Source of the DNA: Eledone cirrhosa
Taxonomy: Eukaryota
Reading direction: 5' to 3'
DNA: 64,000 bases
Assembly: GCA_964016885.1 (NCBI GenBank)
Contig: OZ024747.1
Location: 43,524,001 to 43,588,000 of the forward strand
Both the position numbers and the translations under genes were made by a program. The notes below the pieces were generated by a model that saw nothing but the letters and a program-made list of their open reading frames with translations, made no database searches and was not told the origin of the DNA. Shown piece after piece: positions 1 through 11,011 of the stretch (positions within the stretch are counted from its first letter, which is position 1; the number at the start of each line of letters is the position of its first letter).

Positions 1-535
1 AAAATTAGGTTAGGTTTGGAATTAAAGAAATGAATAATTAATTTAAGTTAAATAAAAAACTGAATGACCATCTGTGAAGTCTGTGTATTTTTTTTATTTT
101 TATTTAAGAATGAAAATACGGATTCTGTTCTACTTTATAACCTACAGTTAACCCTTTCATTGCAATATTTCTAACGAAAGACTCTGTCTATGACTTGCAA
201 TTTATTTTTAAAATGATCAAGAATTTGAAGTGGCATTTAAACCAGCTGTATCCAGCCAGAATGTTTTCTCCCTTTTGAAACCAGCCTTAACCAGCACCTC
301 ATACCAACATCACCAAAATCTCATAGATTCGTTATTATGTGAGATAAAGCCGTTACATTGAAAATACAATAGTATATATAGAGTAATGTAAATGCTAAAA
401 AGTTAATCTGAAAAAGAAGACATTTTAAAACTGGTCTTTAAAAAAATCCACTAAAATTGGAGGTGCAATATGTTGTCAAGAATCTACCAACCTTAAACAA
501 GATCTTTCAGTACATGGAGGCTTTCAAAAAGGGCG

Positions 536-631
536 GTGGATTGGCAGTATCGGTAGAGGGTCGGACGCCATGCTTTCCAGCATAGTTACGTCCCTTTACG
601 ATCTGAGTTCAAATCCCGCCGAGGTTGACTT
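536..631 (+). mobile_element. tRNA-derived SINE family A, 5' fragment
   Basis: A-box-like TGGCAGTATCGG and B-box-like GAGTTCAAATCCC; near-identical to the 5' half of copies at 15730 and 17826. Confidence 0.8.
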
Positions 632-689
632 AGAAGCAGGGGTGTTATTCAATGGTTTGGAATCAAAAGGATTAATGACAAATATAGTG

Positions 690-890
690 TAGAATTAGTA
701 TTGTTGTTGTCTTTGTTGCAGTTGCTGCTGTTGTTGTTGTTGCTATTTTTGTTGTTGCTGCTGCTGTTGCTGTTGTTGTTACTGCTGCTGTTGCTGTTGT
801 TGTTACTGCTGCTGTTGCTGTCATTATTGCTGCTGCTTTTGATGTTGTTGTCATTGTTGTTATTGTTATTGCTGTTATCTGGATATTGTT
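690..890. repeat. Imperfect (TTG/CTG)n trinucleotide microsatellite
   Basis: Seen directly; source of the poly-L and poly-T/A ORFs. Confidence 0.9.
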
Positions 891-900
891 ACTAGCATTA

Positions 901-1071
901 AATAATTGTTTCTACTTTTGGCACAAGGCCAGCAATTACCCCAGTGTATTACTGGTACTTTATTTTATCGACCCCGTAAGGATGAAAGGCAAAGTTAACC
1001 TCAGACCGTAAAGAGACGTAACTATACTGGAAAGCATGGCGTCTGATTCTCTACCGAAACTGCCAATCCAC
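901..1071 (-). mobile_element. tRNA-derived SINE family A, near full length
   Basis: Reverse complement of 15730-15921 (CTTTGCCTTTCATCCTTACGGGGTCGATAAAATAAAGTACCAGT...GGCCTTGTGCCAAAAGTAGAAACAATTATT). Confidence 0.85.
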
Positions 1072-1126
1072 CTTAGGCACAAAGTCAACAATTTGAGGGG
1101 AGGGGGAAGTCGATTAAATCGACCCA
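1072..1126 (-). mobile_element. SINE family A variant, 3' fragment
   Basis: Matches the reverse complement of 16030-16088 (GGGTCGATT..ATCGACT..CCCC...TGTGCCTAA). Confidence 0.65.
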
Positions 1127-1151
1127 TGATAATAATAATAATAATAATAAT

Positions 1152-2588
1152 ATCAGCAATGAAATATGTATGCAATTTGGTATTAGTAAGTGTGGAGTCC
1201 TTGTGATGAAGAGGGGTAAATTGAGCAGAAGTAACGGAATCCAGGTACCAACAGGTGAGATGATAAAGGAAATTGACACTGAAGAAGGATACAAGTATTT
1301 GGGTGTTCTGGAGGCTGATGACATCAAGAACAAAAAAATGAAGGAATTGATAAGAACTGAATACATTCGGAGAGTAAGGAGCGTATTAAAGTCACATCTG
1401 AACAGTAGGAATGCCATAAGTGCAGTAAATTCCCGAGCTGTGTCTATTATTAGGTACAGTGCGGGAATTCTGAGATGGAATGTTGCTGAACAAAAAGAAA
1501 TGGATAGGAAGACTAGGAAGCTATTGACTATCTACAACATGTTCCACAAGAGGAGTGATGTCGATAGACTCTACTTAAGGAGATCTGAAGGTGGAAGAGG
1601 TCTTATCAGCATAGAGGACTGTGTTCAGATAGGGAAAAACAACCTACACAAATACGTGACTGATAGTAAGGAGCCAATGCTCAGAACTGTACTGAAGGAG
1701 AGGACAATAGACCAGGGGATGTCCAAGGAGGAAATAACATCAAGGAGAAAGAGCAGCCTTCAGGAAAAATCCCTTCATAGTACCTTATTTGAGAAAACTG
1801 AATTCAGAGATCCGCAGACATGGAACTGGTTGAAAAGAGGAGACCTTAAAAAGGCTACAGAAGGAATGTTAATGGCTGCGCAAGAGCAGGCCCTCAAAAC
1901 GAAGTGGTTGAAACACCATATTTACAAGGAGGAGGCTAGCCCACTGTGCAGGATCTGCGGAGAGAGAGAGGAGACTGTGGCTCACATTGTATCCGAGTGT
2001 AACCCATTGTAGCCCAGACGCACTATAAGGGCTGGAGACATGATGTGATGGGCAGGGTGATCCACTGGCACCTATGCAAAGTAAACAATTTACCACATTC
2101 TGAGAAGTGGTATGAGCCAGAGTCGGTGATAGAAAACGATCAGGTGAAGGTGCTGTGGGATTTTAGGATACAGACGGATAAGAAACTGGAACACATTAGA
2201 CCTGACCTGGTGGTTGTGGACAAAGAAAAAAGATTGTGCCTGATTGTGGATGTAGCCTGCCCATTTGACACGAGAGTGCAAGAGAAGGAGAGGGAGAAAA
2301 TTAACCGATACCAGAACTTAAAGAGGGAGGTAAAAAGGATTTGGAACTGCCATGAAGTCAAAGTGGTCCCAATTGTCATAGGCGCACTAGGTACTATCTC
2401 AAAAAGTTTCCAGGGATGGGTAAAGAAAATTGGCCCCTTCACGCTTTTTGGAACGCTTCAAAAGGCATGCTTGCTGGGAACAGCAAGAACCCTCCGATAC
2501 GTCCTGAATATCTGAGGCTGCAGGTAGTGGCTTGATATTCATTTCAACAAACTTTCCAGTTAAATAACCTCAATGACTGAGACTCAAA

Positions 2589-2627
<39 letters not shown>
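1152..2627 (+). mobile_element. 5'-truncated R4/Dong-clade non-LTR retrotransposon (restriction-like endonuclease type)
   Basis: RT C-terminus (FGISKC, YKYLG), CCHC knuckle, RHD motif, PD..D nuclease, short 3' UTR; (AAT)n at both ends. Confidence 0.88.
1170..2515 (+). pseudogene. R4/Dong RT C-terminus, Zn knuckle and RLE endonuclease, with one frameshift near 2010
   Basis: ORF 1170-2012 ends CRICGEREETVAHIVSEC; the shifted frame continues AQTHYKGWRHDVMGRVIHW...WDFRIQTD...RPDLVVVD...IVDVACPFD (ORF 2045-2515). Confidence 0.88.
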
Positions 2628-2634
2628 GCATATC

Positions 2635-2720
2635 ATAAATATAAGCACTTAACAAGGGTGGTGCCCCAGCATGGCCTCAGCCGGATGGCTGGAACAGGTA
2701 AAAGAGTAAAAGAGTAAAGA
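2635..2720 (+). mobile_element. Probable SINE 3' fragment
   Basis: GGTGCCCCAGCATGGCC...GGCTGGAACAGGTAAAAGAGTAAAAGAGTAAAGA with a tandem tail; single copy in this window. Confidence 0.45.
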
Positions 2721-2830
2721 TACATGTGTGTGTATTTTTTTCTTGAACATGGCAGACCATGTTGTCTCTTGAGGTCACTGGTTGTGACTTGGTGATAACT
2801 TGTATGAACATGAAGCAAGATAATGATAAC

Positions 2831-2986
2831 AATAATAATAGTTTCTGATTTAGGCACTAGGCCAGCAATTTTGGGTGAAGGGAAAGTCGATTAAAAAGAT
2901 CTCAGTGAATTACTGGTACTTTATTTTATGAACCCCATGCGGATGAAAGGCAAAGCTAACCTCATCGGGATTTGAACTTAGAATGT
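2831..2986 (-). mobile_element. SINE family A variant, diverged
   Basis: TACTGGTACTTTATTTTA...GGATGAAAGGCAAAG...GGGATTTGAACT shared with the other family A copies. Confidence 0.8.
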
Positions 2987-3279
2987 AAAAATAATAATTA
3001 ATAAAAGTGATATCACCTGATTACTTTTTAATCATCATTTATATAAAATTTTGTAATTAATTTAATTAGGAATGAATGCCTCTAATTATATTCAGCCATG
3101 ACAGGCAAGCCATATCAAGACCCCATCCCTTGGTTCACTGGTTACCTGGAGATTTTAGAATTAAATAGAATAATTATTTAAGATACATAAATAAATTAAA
3201 TAAATAAGATACATAAATAAATACATAAATAAAATAACCTTTACTTTAGAATGAAATCATGAACAATATTATGTAAATA

Positions 3280-3503
3280 TGTGTACACAACAACAACAAC
3301 AACAGCAATAAATGTAGTGCATCTGAGCACTGTACACGATAATTTCATTATTATTATTATAATAATGTACACATACACACAACACACACATATATATATC
3401 ATAATCATATATATATACGTATATAAGTGTTTGTGTGTATATAGGACTATAAACACATACATATATATCATATATATATATCAGCTGTGCATATGTTTGT
3501 AGG

Positions 3504-3552
<49 letters not shown>

Positions 3553-3740
3553 TTATTTAATATATATATATATACACACACATATATATATTTATATATG
3601 CACACACACACAACACACACCACACGCACGCATAAATATATATATGTATATGTATATATATATACACATTTATATAATATATATATATACACGCACATAT
3701 ATACATTTATATATGCACACACACACACACCACACACACG

Positions 3741-3785
<45 letters not shown>

Positions 3786-3828
3786 GTATGTATATATATA
3801 TATATACACATTTATATAATATATATAT
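3280..3828. repeat. Compound (AAC)n/(TA)n/(CA)n microsatellite with an internal duplication of ~120-145 bp
   Basis: TATACACATTTA(T/A)..AATATATA block recurs at ~3545, ~3662 and ~3803. Confidence 0.9.
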
Positions 3829-4131
3829 GGAGGCACATGGCTTAGTGGTTAGAGCATTGGCCTTGCAATCGAAAGGTTGTGAGTTCAATTCTCAGACCGG
3901 GTGATGTGTTGTTTCCTTGAGCAAGATACTTTATTTCACATTGCTCCAGTTTACTACACTGCAAAGTGGTTGTGGAGGTGCCACAGCATAAAAGCACCCA
4001 GCACTCACTGTAAATGAGGTTGGTGTTAGGAAGGGCATCCAGGTGTAGAAATCAAGCCAGAATCAGTTCCCGTCCCACCCTTGCTAGCAGGGAAAAGCGG
4101 ACGTAAAATGAAATGATGTTGATGAAATGAT
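3829..4131 (+). mobile_element. tRNA-derived SINE family B (CORE-like centre, RTE-derived tail), internally deleted
   Basis: A box TGGCTTAGTGG, B box GAGTTCAATTC, CCTTGAGCAAGATACTTTA core, tail shared with the RTE 3' UTR, (GAT)-like end; paralogs at 11012 and 18426. Confidence 0.88.
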
Positions 4132-4177
4132 ATATATATACACACACATATATATATATATTTATATATGCACACAC

Positions 4178-4244
<67 letters not shown>

Positions 4245-4573
4245 GATATATATATATATATATATATTCGAACCCATTCATTCAAGCACTTCTATGTCCT
4301 AATTTCACACTATATAATATTTTCACCATTCTATATCATATCTTTTCTCTAAAAATCATATTTTCCCTATCACCGCATTTTCTCTATCGTATTTTCTTAA
4401 ACAAAACAAATCTTGTATTTTCGTTATTGTTAAATTATGCCCAAAATACGGCGATCTTATCTTAAACCTTACATTCTCGCTAACAACCCATCATCCCTCC
4501 CTCCCGCCCCCACGCACCACCATTATTACGTGGACCAATCATAAGTCAGAGGCCCATACTATCGCTTAACTGG

Positions 4574-7500
4574 TTGCTTTTCGATATGATGGATGGACTA
4601 CGGAATTCTGGAGAGTTGAAGAGAGAAAAATGTGGACGCTCAGCGACAATGCCAAAGATAAAGCCAAATTCACCTCGTGGACGAGAATGCAAGCACTCCT
4701 CCTTGTTTCGGCCCAGGATGGCTAACATAACCCCATCCCCCCCCCCCGCGCCCCACCGCTCCCACCCTCCAAACGCAATCCAAAACTTCAGAGTTGGTAC
4801 CATGAATGTAGGCACCTTAAAGGGTCGCTCTAACGAGGTTGTAGAAATGCTTGAACGTAAGGAGGTCGATGTTTGTTGTATTCAAGAGACCAGGTGGAGG
4901 GGAGGGTCGGCTAGATTCATCGTGGGTAAAGAACGATGCTATAAGCTTTTCTGGGTGGGAAATGACAATGGGTTGGGTGGGGTAGGAATCATGGTAGCAG
5001 AAAAGTGGGCAGATAAGATAATAGACGTAAATAGAGTGAACGACAGAATAATTAAAATAAGACTTGTCCTCAATAAAACTACGGTGACAGTAATATCTGC
5101 GTACGCACCCCAATCCGGACTGCCCGGCGCTATAAAAGACAGATTCTACGAGACACTGATGCTCGCTACCTCCCAAATAACCGACAGTGACTATATAGTT
5201 ATTGCAGGCGACCTAAATGGTCACGTTGGACAACATTGTGACGGCTATGACGGAATCCATGGAGGCTATGGGTTCGGTACTAGAAATAAGGAAGGCTCCA
5301 GAATCCTGGAATTCTGCGACGCAAATAACTTAACTATCTGTAACACTAACTTAAAAAAACGAGACAATCACTTGATCACCTATAGATCGGGGGAACACAC
5401 AAGCCAGGTAGATTATATCCTTACCAGAAGACGTGACAGAGTGTCTGTTGTTAACACTAAATCCCACCCCCATGAAGAATTCACCTCCCAACATAGACTG
5501 ATAATTAGCGACCTCATAGTCAGGACGAGACGTACTAGACAGCGGAAGAGGACTATCCTCAGGAGAAAAATATGGAAGCTAAAGGACCCCATAGCCAGAA
5601 ATAAATTTCAAAGCATATTACTTGACGCTTTCGACAGTAAGGAAGAGCAATTAGAGTCGTATAATATAGAGGAACAGTGGGAATTCCTGAGAGCAAACCT
5701 GCTGACGGCGGCAGACGAAGTCTGTGGCTGGAGCAGGCCTGTAGGTAGGAGGAGAGTAACATGGTGGTGGAACAGTAAGGTGGAGGAGTCAATTAAGGCC
5801 AAAAAGCAGGCTTGGAAAGTATGGCGGGATGGGGGAAGTAGAGAAGACTATCAAGTGGCCAGGAGGGAAGCTAGGAGACAAGTGTACTTCGCAAGAAGGG
5901 AAGCAGAGGAAAGAAAGTTCAAGCATGTTCTACAACGTGAGGACCAAAAATGTGAGGTGTTCAGGATTGCCAGGCAATGTGTCAAGGAAAACCGTGATAT
6001 TGTCGGGGAGAAGTGTGTACTTAACGATGATGGCATACTTGCCATCACCGACGCTGATAAGAAGGTAGCTTGGAAGTGTCACTACGAAAGGCTTCTAAAT
6101 GAGGAGAACAAATGGGAGAAAGACAGTCTCCCCCAGATCGATCCAATAGAGGGACCAGCAGTGTTAGTTGAAGGTAGTATAATAAGTAAGGCAATCAAAG
6201 ATATGAAGACGGGTAAGGCGGCTGGGCCTTCGGAAATAGTTGCTGAGATGCTGAAGGCATCTGGTTCGGTGGGACACACCATGGTCACCCGGATAGTTAA
6301 CCAAGTCGTACAGAATGGGGTTGTTCCGAAGGAATGGCGTAGCAGCATCATCGTTAACTGCTATAAGGGAAAAGGAGATGCCCTAGATAGGAGTAACTAT
6401 AGAGGCATTAAATTAATCGACCAGGTCATGAAGGTCACGGAAAAAGTAATAGCGCAACTAATCAGAGAGAGAATTGATCTAGATGAAATGCAGTTCGGGT
6501 TTGTGTCAGGCAAAAGTACCACAGACGCTCTTTTCATTGTACGACAACTACAGGAGAAGTACCTAGCTAAAAGTAAACCCCTATACTTAGCTTTCGTCGA
6601 CTTGGAGAAAGCCTTCGACAGAGTCCCCCGTTCCATTATCTGGTGGTCTCTTAGAAAACTAGGTGTTGACGAATGGCTTGTGAGAGCTATACAAGCCATG
6701 TATAAAGAAACAGTCAGTAAGGTTAGAATTAACAACGAATATAGTGAAGAGTTTAGCGTAAAAGTTGGTGTCCATCAGGGCTCTGTTCTTAGCCCCCTAC
6801 TATTTATTATTGCCCTTCAGGCTATAACAGAGGAGTTCAAGACCGGCTGCCCATGGGAACTCCTATACGCAGATGATCTAACGCTCATAGCTGAATCAAT
6901 GACCGAACTAGAGAAGAAATTCCAAACATGGAAGCACGGCCTAGAATCAAAAGGCCTTAAAATTAACCTGGCTAAGACTAAAGTTCTAGTTTGTAGGAAA
7001 GAAAATAAGGCGGCGGTCCCATCTGGGAAATGGCCATGCTCAGTGTGTAGGAAAGGCGTAGGTAGAAACTCCATTTTATGTCCCAAATGCAAAGTATGGG
7101 TGCATAAAAGATGTAGTGGGATCACAGGTAAGCTAACTAAGAACATAGATTTTACATGTGGCCGGTGCTCTGGTGCAATAAGTAGCAGCAAGTGCCCACA
7201 AAATACTAGCTCCTTCAACTGCGCAGAGGGTTCTATAGAAATAGTGGACAGTTTCCGTTACCTGGGTGACAAAATCAGCAGTGGGGGAGGGTGCTCTGAA
7301 AGTACAGTAGCTAGAGTCAGAACTGGATGGAAAAAGTTCAGAGAGCTTATACCACTATTAGCCGCTAGAGGGTTCTCCCTAAAAATGAAAGGCAGGTTAT
7401 ACGATGCCTGCATACGAACAGCAATGCTGCATGGCAGTGAGACCTGGGCATTGTGTGCAGAGGATATACGCAGACTAGAGAGGAACGAAGCTTGCATGCT

Positions 7501-7822
7501 CCGCTGGATGTGCAATAGTAATATACGTGAACGGCAAAGCATAAACGAACTAAGGAAAAAATTAGAAATAAGAGGGATCAGATGTTGTTTACTCGAGAGA
7601 AGGCTACGTTGGTACGGTCACGTGATGCGCATGAAAGACGACAGCTGTATAACAAAGTGCAGGGCAATAAAGATAGACGGTAGCCACGGAGTAGGCAGAC
7701 CCAGAAAAACATGGGACGAGCTGATAAATTCCGACCTCACACGCTTACACCTCTCCAAGACAATGTCACTGGACCGAGACCTTTGGCGGTACTCAGTAAT
7801 AGAGAAGACCCGACTTACCTAA
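4574..7822 (+). CDS. RTE ORF: AP endonuclease + reverse transcriptase with an inserted PHD-type Zn finger (first ATG at 4586)
   Basis: Endonuclease motifs GTMNV, CIQETRW, SAYAPQ, GDLNGHVG, QVDYIL, SQHRL; RT motifs NYRGI, QFGF, FVDLEKAFD, GVHQGSVLSP, LLYADD, FRYLG; C-terminal RRLRWYGHV and GRPRKTW; 1082 codons without a stop. Confidence 0.95.
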   Translation: MLFDMMDGLRNSGELKREKCGRSATMPKIKPNSPRGRECKHSSLFRPRMANITPSPPPAPHRSHPPNAIQNFRVGTMNVGTLKGRSNEVVEMLERKEVDVCCIQETRWRGGSARFIVGKERCYKLFWVGNDNGLGGVGIMVAEKWADKIIDVNRVNDRIIKIRLVLNKTTVTVISAYAPQSGLPGAIKDRFYETLMLATSQITDSDYIVIAGDLNGHVGQHCDGYDGIHGGYGFGTRNKEGSRILEFCDANNLTICNTNLKKRDNHLITYRSGEHTSQVDYILTRRRDRVSVVNTKSHPHEEFTSQHRLIISDLIVRTRRTRQRKRTILRRKIWKLKDPIARNKFQSILLDAFDSKEEQLESYNIEEQWEFLRANLLTAADEVCGWSRPVGRRRVTWWWNSKVEESIKAKKQAWKVWRDGGSREDYQVARREARRQVYFARREAEERKFKHVLQREDQKCEVFRIARQCVKENRDIVGEKCVLNDDGILAITDADKKVAWKCHYERLLNEENKWEKDSLPQIDPIEGPAVLVEGSIISKAIKDMKTGKAAGPSEIVAEMLKASGSVGHTMVTRIVNQVVQNGVVPKEWRSSIIVNCYKGKGDALDRSNYRGIKLIDQVMKVTEKVIAQLIRERIDLDEMQFGFVSGKSTTDALFIVRQLQEKYLAKSKPLYLAFVDLEKAFDRVPRSIIWWSLRKLGVDEWLVRAIQAMYKETVSKVRINNEYSEEFSVKVGVHQGSVLSPLLFIIALQAITEEFKTGCPWELLYADDLTLIAESMTELEKKFQTWKHGLESKGLKINLAKTKVLVCRKENKAAVPSGKWPCSVCRKGVGRNSILCPKCKVWVHKRCSGITGKLTKNIDFTCGRCSGAISSSKCPQNTSSFNCAEGSIEIVDSFRYLGDKISSGGGCSESTVARVRTGWKKFRELIPLLAARGFSLKMKGRLYDACIRTAMLHGSETWALCAEDIRRLERNEACMLRWMCNSNIRERQSINELRKKLEIRGIRCCLLERRLRWYGHVMRMKDDSCITKCRAIKIDGSHGVGRPRKTWDELINSDLTRLHLSKTMSLDRDLWRYSVIEKTRLT

Positions 7823-7992
7823 ATACAAAGTATAAACCTACTACAGTCAGTAGGCATCTCTATCAAAACACCGCCCCGTCCCACCACCTCCACCCCATCC
7901 ACACCGCCCCTTTCAATGTACAGTTATGTTGGTCCCACAACATCCAGGCCGAAACAAATGAGATCGTGTAGGTGTCACGACAAAAAACCACA

Positions 7993-8223
7993 CAGTCCAC
8001 GCTGTAAATGTGGCCGTGTAGGCAACACGGTAAAAACCTCCCAGCCCCACACTGTAAATGTGGTTGGTGTTAGGAAGGGCATCCAGCTGTAGAAAACCCG
8101 CCAGACAGTCCACGCTGTAATGTGGCCGTGTAGGCAACACGGTAAAAACCTCCCAGCCCCACACTGTAAATGTGGTTGGTGTTAGGAAGGGCATCCAACT
8201 GTAGAAAACCCGCCAGACAGTCC
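7993..8223 (+). repeat. Tandem duplication of a ~114-bp unit in the RTE 3' UTR
   Basis: CAGTCCACGCTGTAA...GGGCATCCA.CTGTAGAAAACCCGCCAGA occurs twice; only once in the copies at 21561 and 18821. Confidence 0.9.
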
Positions 8224-8650
8224 TATGCGAGCAAGACAACCACTCTTGCCTCAAGTGGGAAAACCCCCGTCCAAACCCATGCAAGCGTGGAACACGGACG
8301 GTAAACCTGATGATGATGATGATGATGATGATATATTGTTTATATTATTTTTGTATTTGTTTTACAAGACTCTTGACGTGCAATCATGTGTTGAAACTGA
8401 CTATTTTATTATAATTTGTGCATGTGTTATTAATGACCCTCCACATGTATAACAACATATATATAATATATATGCACACTCACACACAGACACACAGATA
8501 CACACACACACACACATATATATAATTTTACTTCATCAAAATCAATAAGTTGTTTTGAGTTTCCCAGTCGGTTTCTTTTCTTTTATATTTCTTTCTTTTT
8601 TTTTCCGATAAATTCTACAAACAACTTATTGCATTACACATCCACATAGG

Positions 8651-8960
8651 AATTCTGTTTGATAATAACAATTCTGTTTGATAAAGGCAATTCTGTTTGA
8701 TAATGGCAATTCTGTTTGATAATGGCAATTCTGTTTGATAATGACAATTCTGTTTGATAATAGCAATTCTGTTTGATAATGGCAATTCTGTTTGATAATG
8801 ACAATTCTGTTTGATAATGGCAATTCTGTTTGATAATGACAATTCTGTTTGATAATGACAATTCTGTTTGATAATGGCAATTCTGTTTGATAATGGCAAT
8901 TCTGTTTGATAATGACAATTCTGTTTGATAATGGCAATTCTGTTTGATAATGACAATTCT
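8651..8960. repeat. 19-bp minisatellite, ~16 copies (AATTCTGTTTGATAATG[G/A]C)
   Basis: Direct tandem repeat; 19-aa periodicity in the three minus-strand ORFs. Confidence 0.95.
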
Positions 8961-9069
8961 ATCAGACAGACTTTCTAATCTAAGGAATGCAGCAAACTGA
9001 TTTGTTCACTGTCCTTGATTTATTGATTAATGATGACAAGGAAGGTTTATCAATACTTTTTTATTTATA

Positions 9070-10243
9070 CCAACAACAACAACAGCAACAACATCAACAT
9101 TACCATCAGCATCACTATTACCAACAACACTGCCAACAACTCTGACATGCTATCAACACTAACAATAACATCACCACCACCACCAACACCGACACCAACA
9201 CCACCACCACCAACACCGACACCAACACCACCACCACCACCACCAACACCAACACCGACACCAACACCACCACCACCAACACCACCACCACCACCACCGA
9301 CACCAACACTAACAATAACATCACCACCACCACCACCACCAACACCGACACCAACACCACCACCACCACCACCACCACCACCAACACCGACACCAACACC
9401 ACCGACATCACTGCCAACATCACAACCAATACCAACAGCAACATCAGTAACACCACCAACATCACCACCACCAGCATTACCAACACCAACACCACCACCA
9501 CCACCACCACCACCACCAACACCACCACAAACACCACCACCAACACCAACAACACCAACACCACCACCACCAACACCACCACCACCACCACCGACACCAA
9601 CACCAACAACACCAACACCACCACCACCAACACCAACAACACCAACACCACCACCACCACCACCACCACCACCACCACCGACACCAACACCACCGACATC
9701 ACTGCCAACATCACAACCAATACCAACAGCAACATCAGTAACACCACCAACATCGCCACCACCAGCATCATTACCAACACCAACACCATCACCACCACCA
9801 CCAACAACAACAACACCACCACAAACACCACCACCAACACCAACAACACCAACACCACCACCACCAACACCACCACCACCACCACCGACACCAACACCAA
9901 CAACACCAACACCACCACCACCAACACCAACACCAACACCACTAACACCAACACCAACACCAACACCACCACCACCAACACCACCACCATCAACACCACC
10001 ACCAACACCACCACCACCACCAACAACACCGACACCAACACCAACAACACCAACACCACCACCACCACCACCAACACCAACACCAACACCACTAACATCA
10101 CCGACACCACCACCAACAACACCAACACCACCACCACCAACACCAACACCACCACCAACACCAACACCACCACCATCAACACCACCACCAACACCATCAC
10201 CACCACCAACAACAACACCACCACCAACACCAACAACATCAAC
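9070..10243. repeat. (CCA/ACA)n compound trinucleotide array with a ~300-bp internal duplication
   Basis: The CCGACATCACTGCCAACATCACAACCAATACCAACAGC block is present at ~9402 and ~9693. Confidence 0.9.
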
Positions 10244-10319
10244 ATTATTGATATGCCTTTATCAGGATTTTATGGAAACGTTTTTGTTTAGTTTAACCCA
10301 AACCTCAGTTGACTAATAA

Positions 10320-10654
10320 TGTATTTATGTTAACATTCAAACACACACATACACACACATATATATATATGTATATATATACATAAACACATATATACAT
10401 ATATATATATATATACACAAACACATACACACATATATATATATATATATATAAAAGTGGATGAATACTTCATATATACATATATATGTATATATATATA
10501 TATATATACGTATGTAATATAAGATCAAAAGATGGTTAAAAGAGTTCCAAGTATTTTATTATGCACATTTCAAAAACAAATATCATCATGAGATGCGTTT
10601 TCATCAGATAAAATAGGGATTCATGATAATGTATGTATTTATATTAACATTCAA

Positions 10655-10689
<35 letters not shown>

Positions 10690-10744
10690 CACACAAACAC
10701 ATACATACATATATATGTATGTATGTATTTATGTTGACATTCAA

Positions 10745-10781
<37 letters not shown>

Positions 10782-10839
10782 CAAACACATACATACATAT
10801 ACATATATATTGTTATGCGAAATATATATATATGCGAAA

Positions 10840-10905
<66 letters not shown>

Positions 10906-11011
10906 TGTGTGTGTATGTATATATATATATGTGTATGTATGTATGTATATATATATATATATGTGTGTGTATGTATGTATATATGTATATATATGTGTGT
11001 ATGTATGTATG
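10320..11011. repeat. (TA)n/(CA)n/(TG)n microsatellite with a triplicated GTATTTAT..T.ACATTCAAACACAC anchor
   Basis: Anchor at ~10321, ~10635 and ~10725. Confidence 0.85.

Larger units (their letters stand above)
4268..8331 (+). mobile_element. Apparently full-length RTE-clade LINE
   Basis: Unique 5' leader after (TA)n, a single long APE-RT ORF, ~500-bp 3' UTR ending in (GAT)n; the 5' boundary is approximate. Confidence 0.92.

Noticed and set aside
3829-3900. tRNA gene
   Set aside because: A and B boxes are present, but the cloverleaf pairs poorly and the sequence continues into a SINE body seen three times
3241-4465. Numerous YI/HT/CV-rich ORFs (also at 10337-11102, 12175-12817 and 18666-18932)
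   Set aside because: Translations of TA/CA/TG dinucleotide repeats
4570-4735. HDV-like ribozyme in the RTE leader (ACCTCGT loop-like and GGCTAA motifs)
   Set aside because: P2 and the P1.1 GG could not be formed in the required order
4546-7542. Antisense ORFs within the RTE (for example 6817-7218, mirrored at 22563-22964)
   Set aside because: Shadow frames of the RT coding strand, conserved only because the copies are closely related
8615-8956. Three overlapping repetitive ORFs, or a CRISPR-like array
   Set aside because: A 19-bp head-to-tail minisatellite with no spacers, no cas genes and a eukaryotic context
9030-10316. 428-aa Pro/Thr-rich extensin- or mucin-like ORF and its antisense poly-Val ORF
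   Set aside because: Translation of a (CCA/ACA)n microsatellite; open on both strands, with no signal peptide or domain
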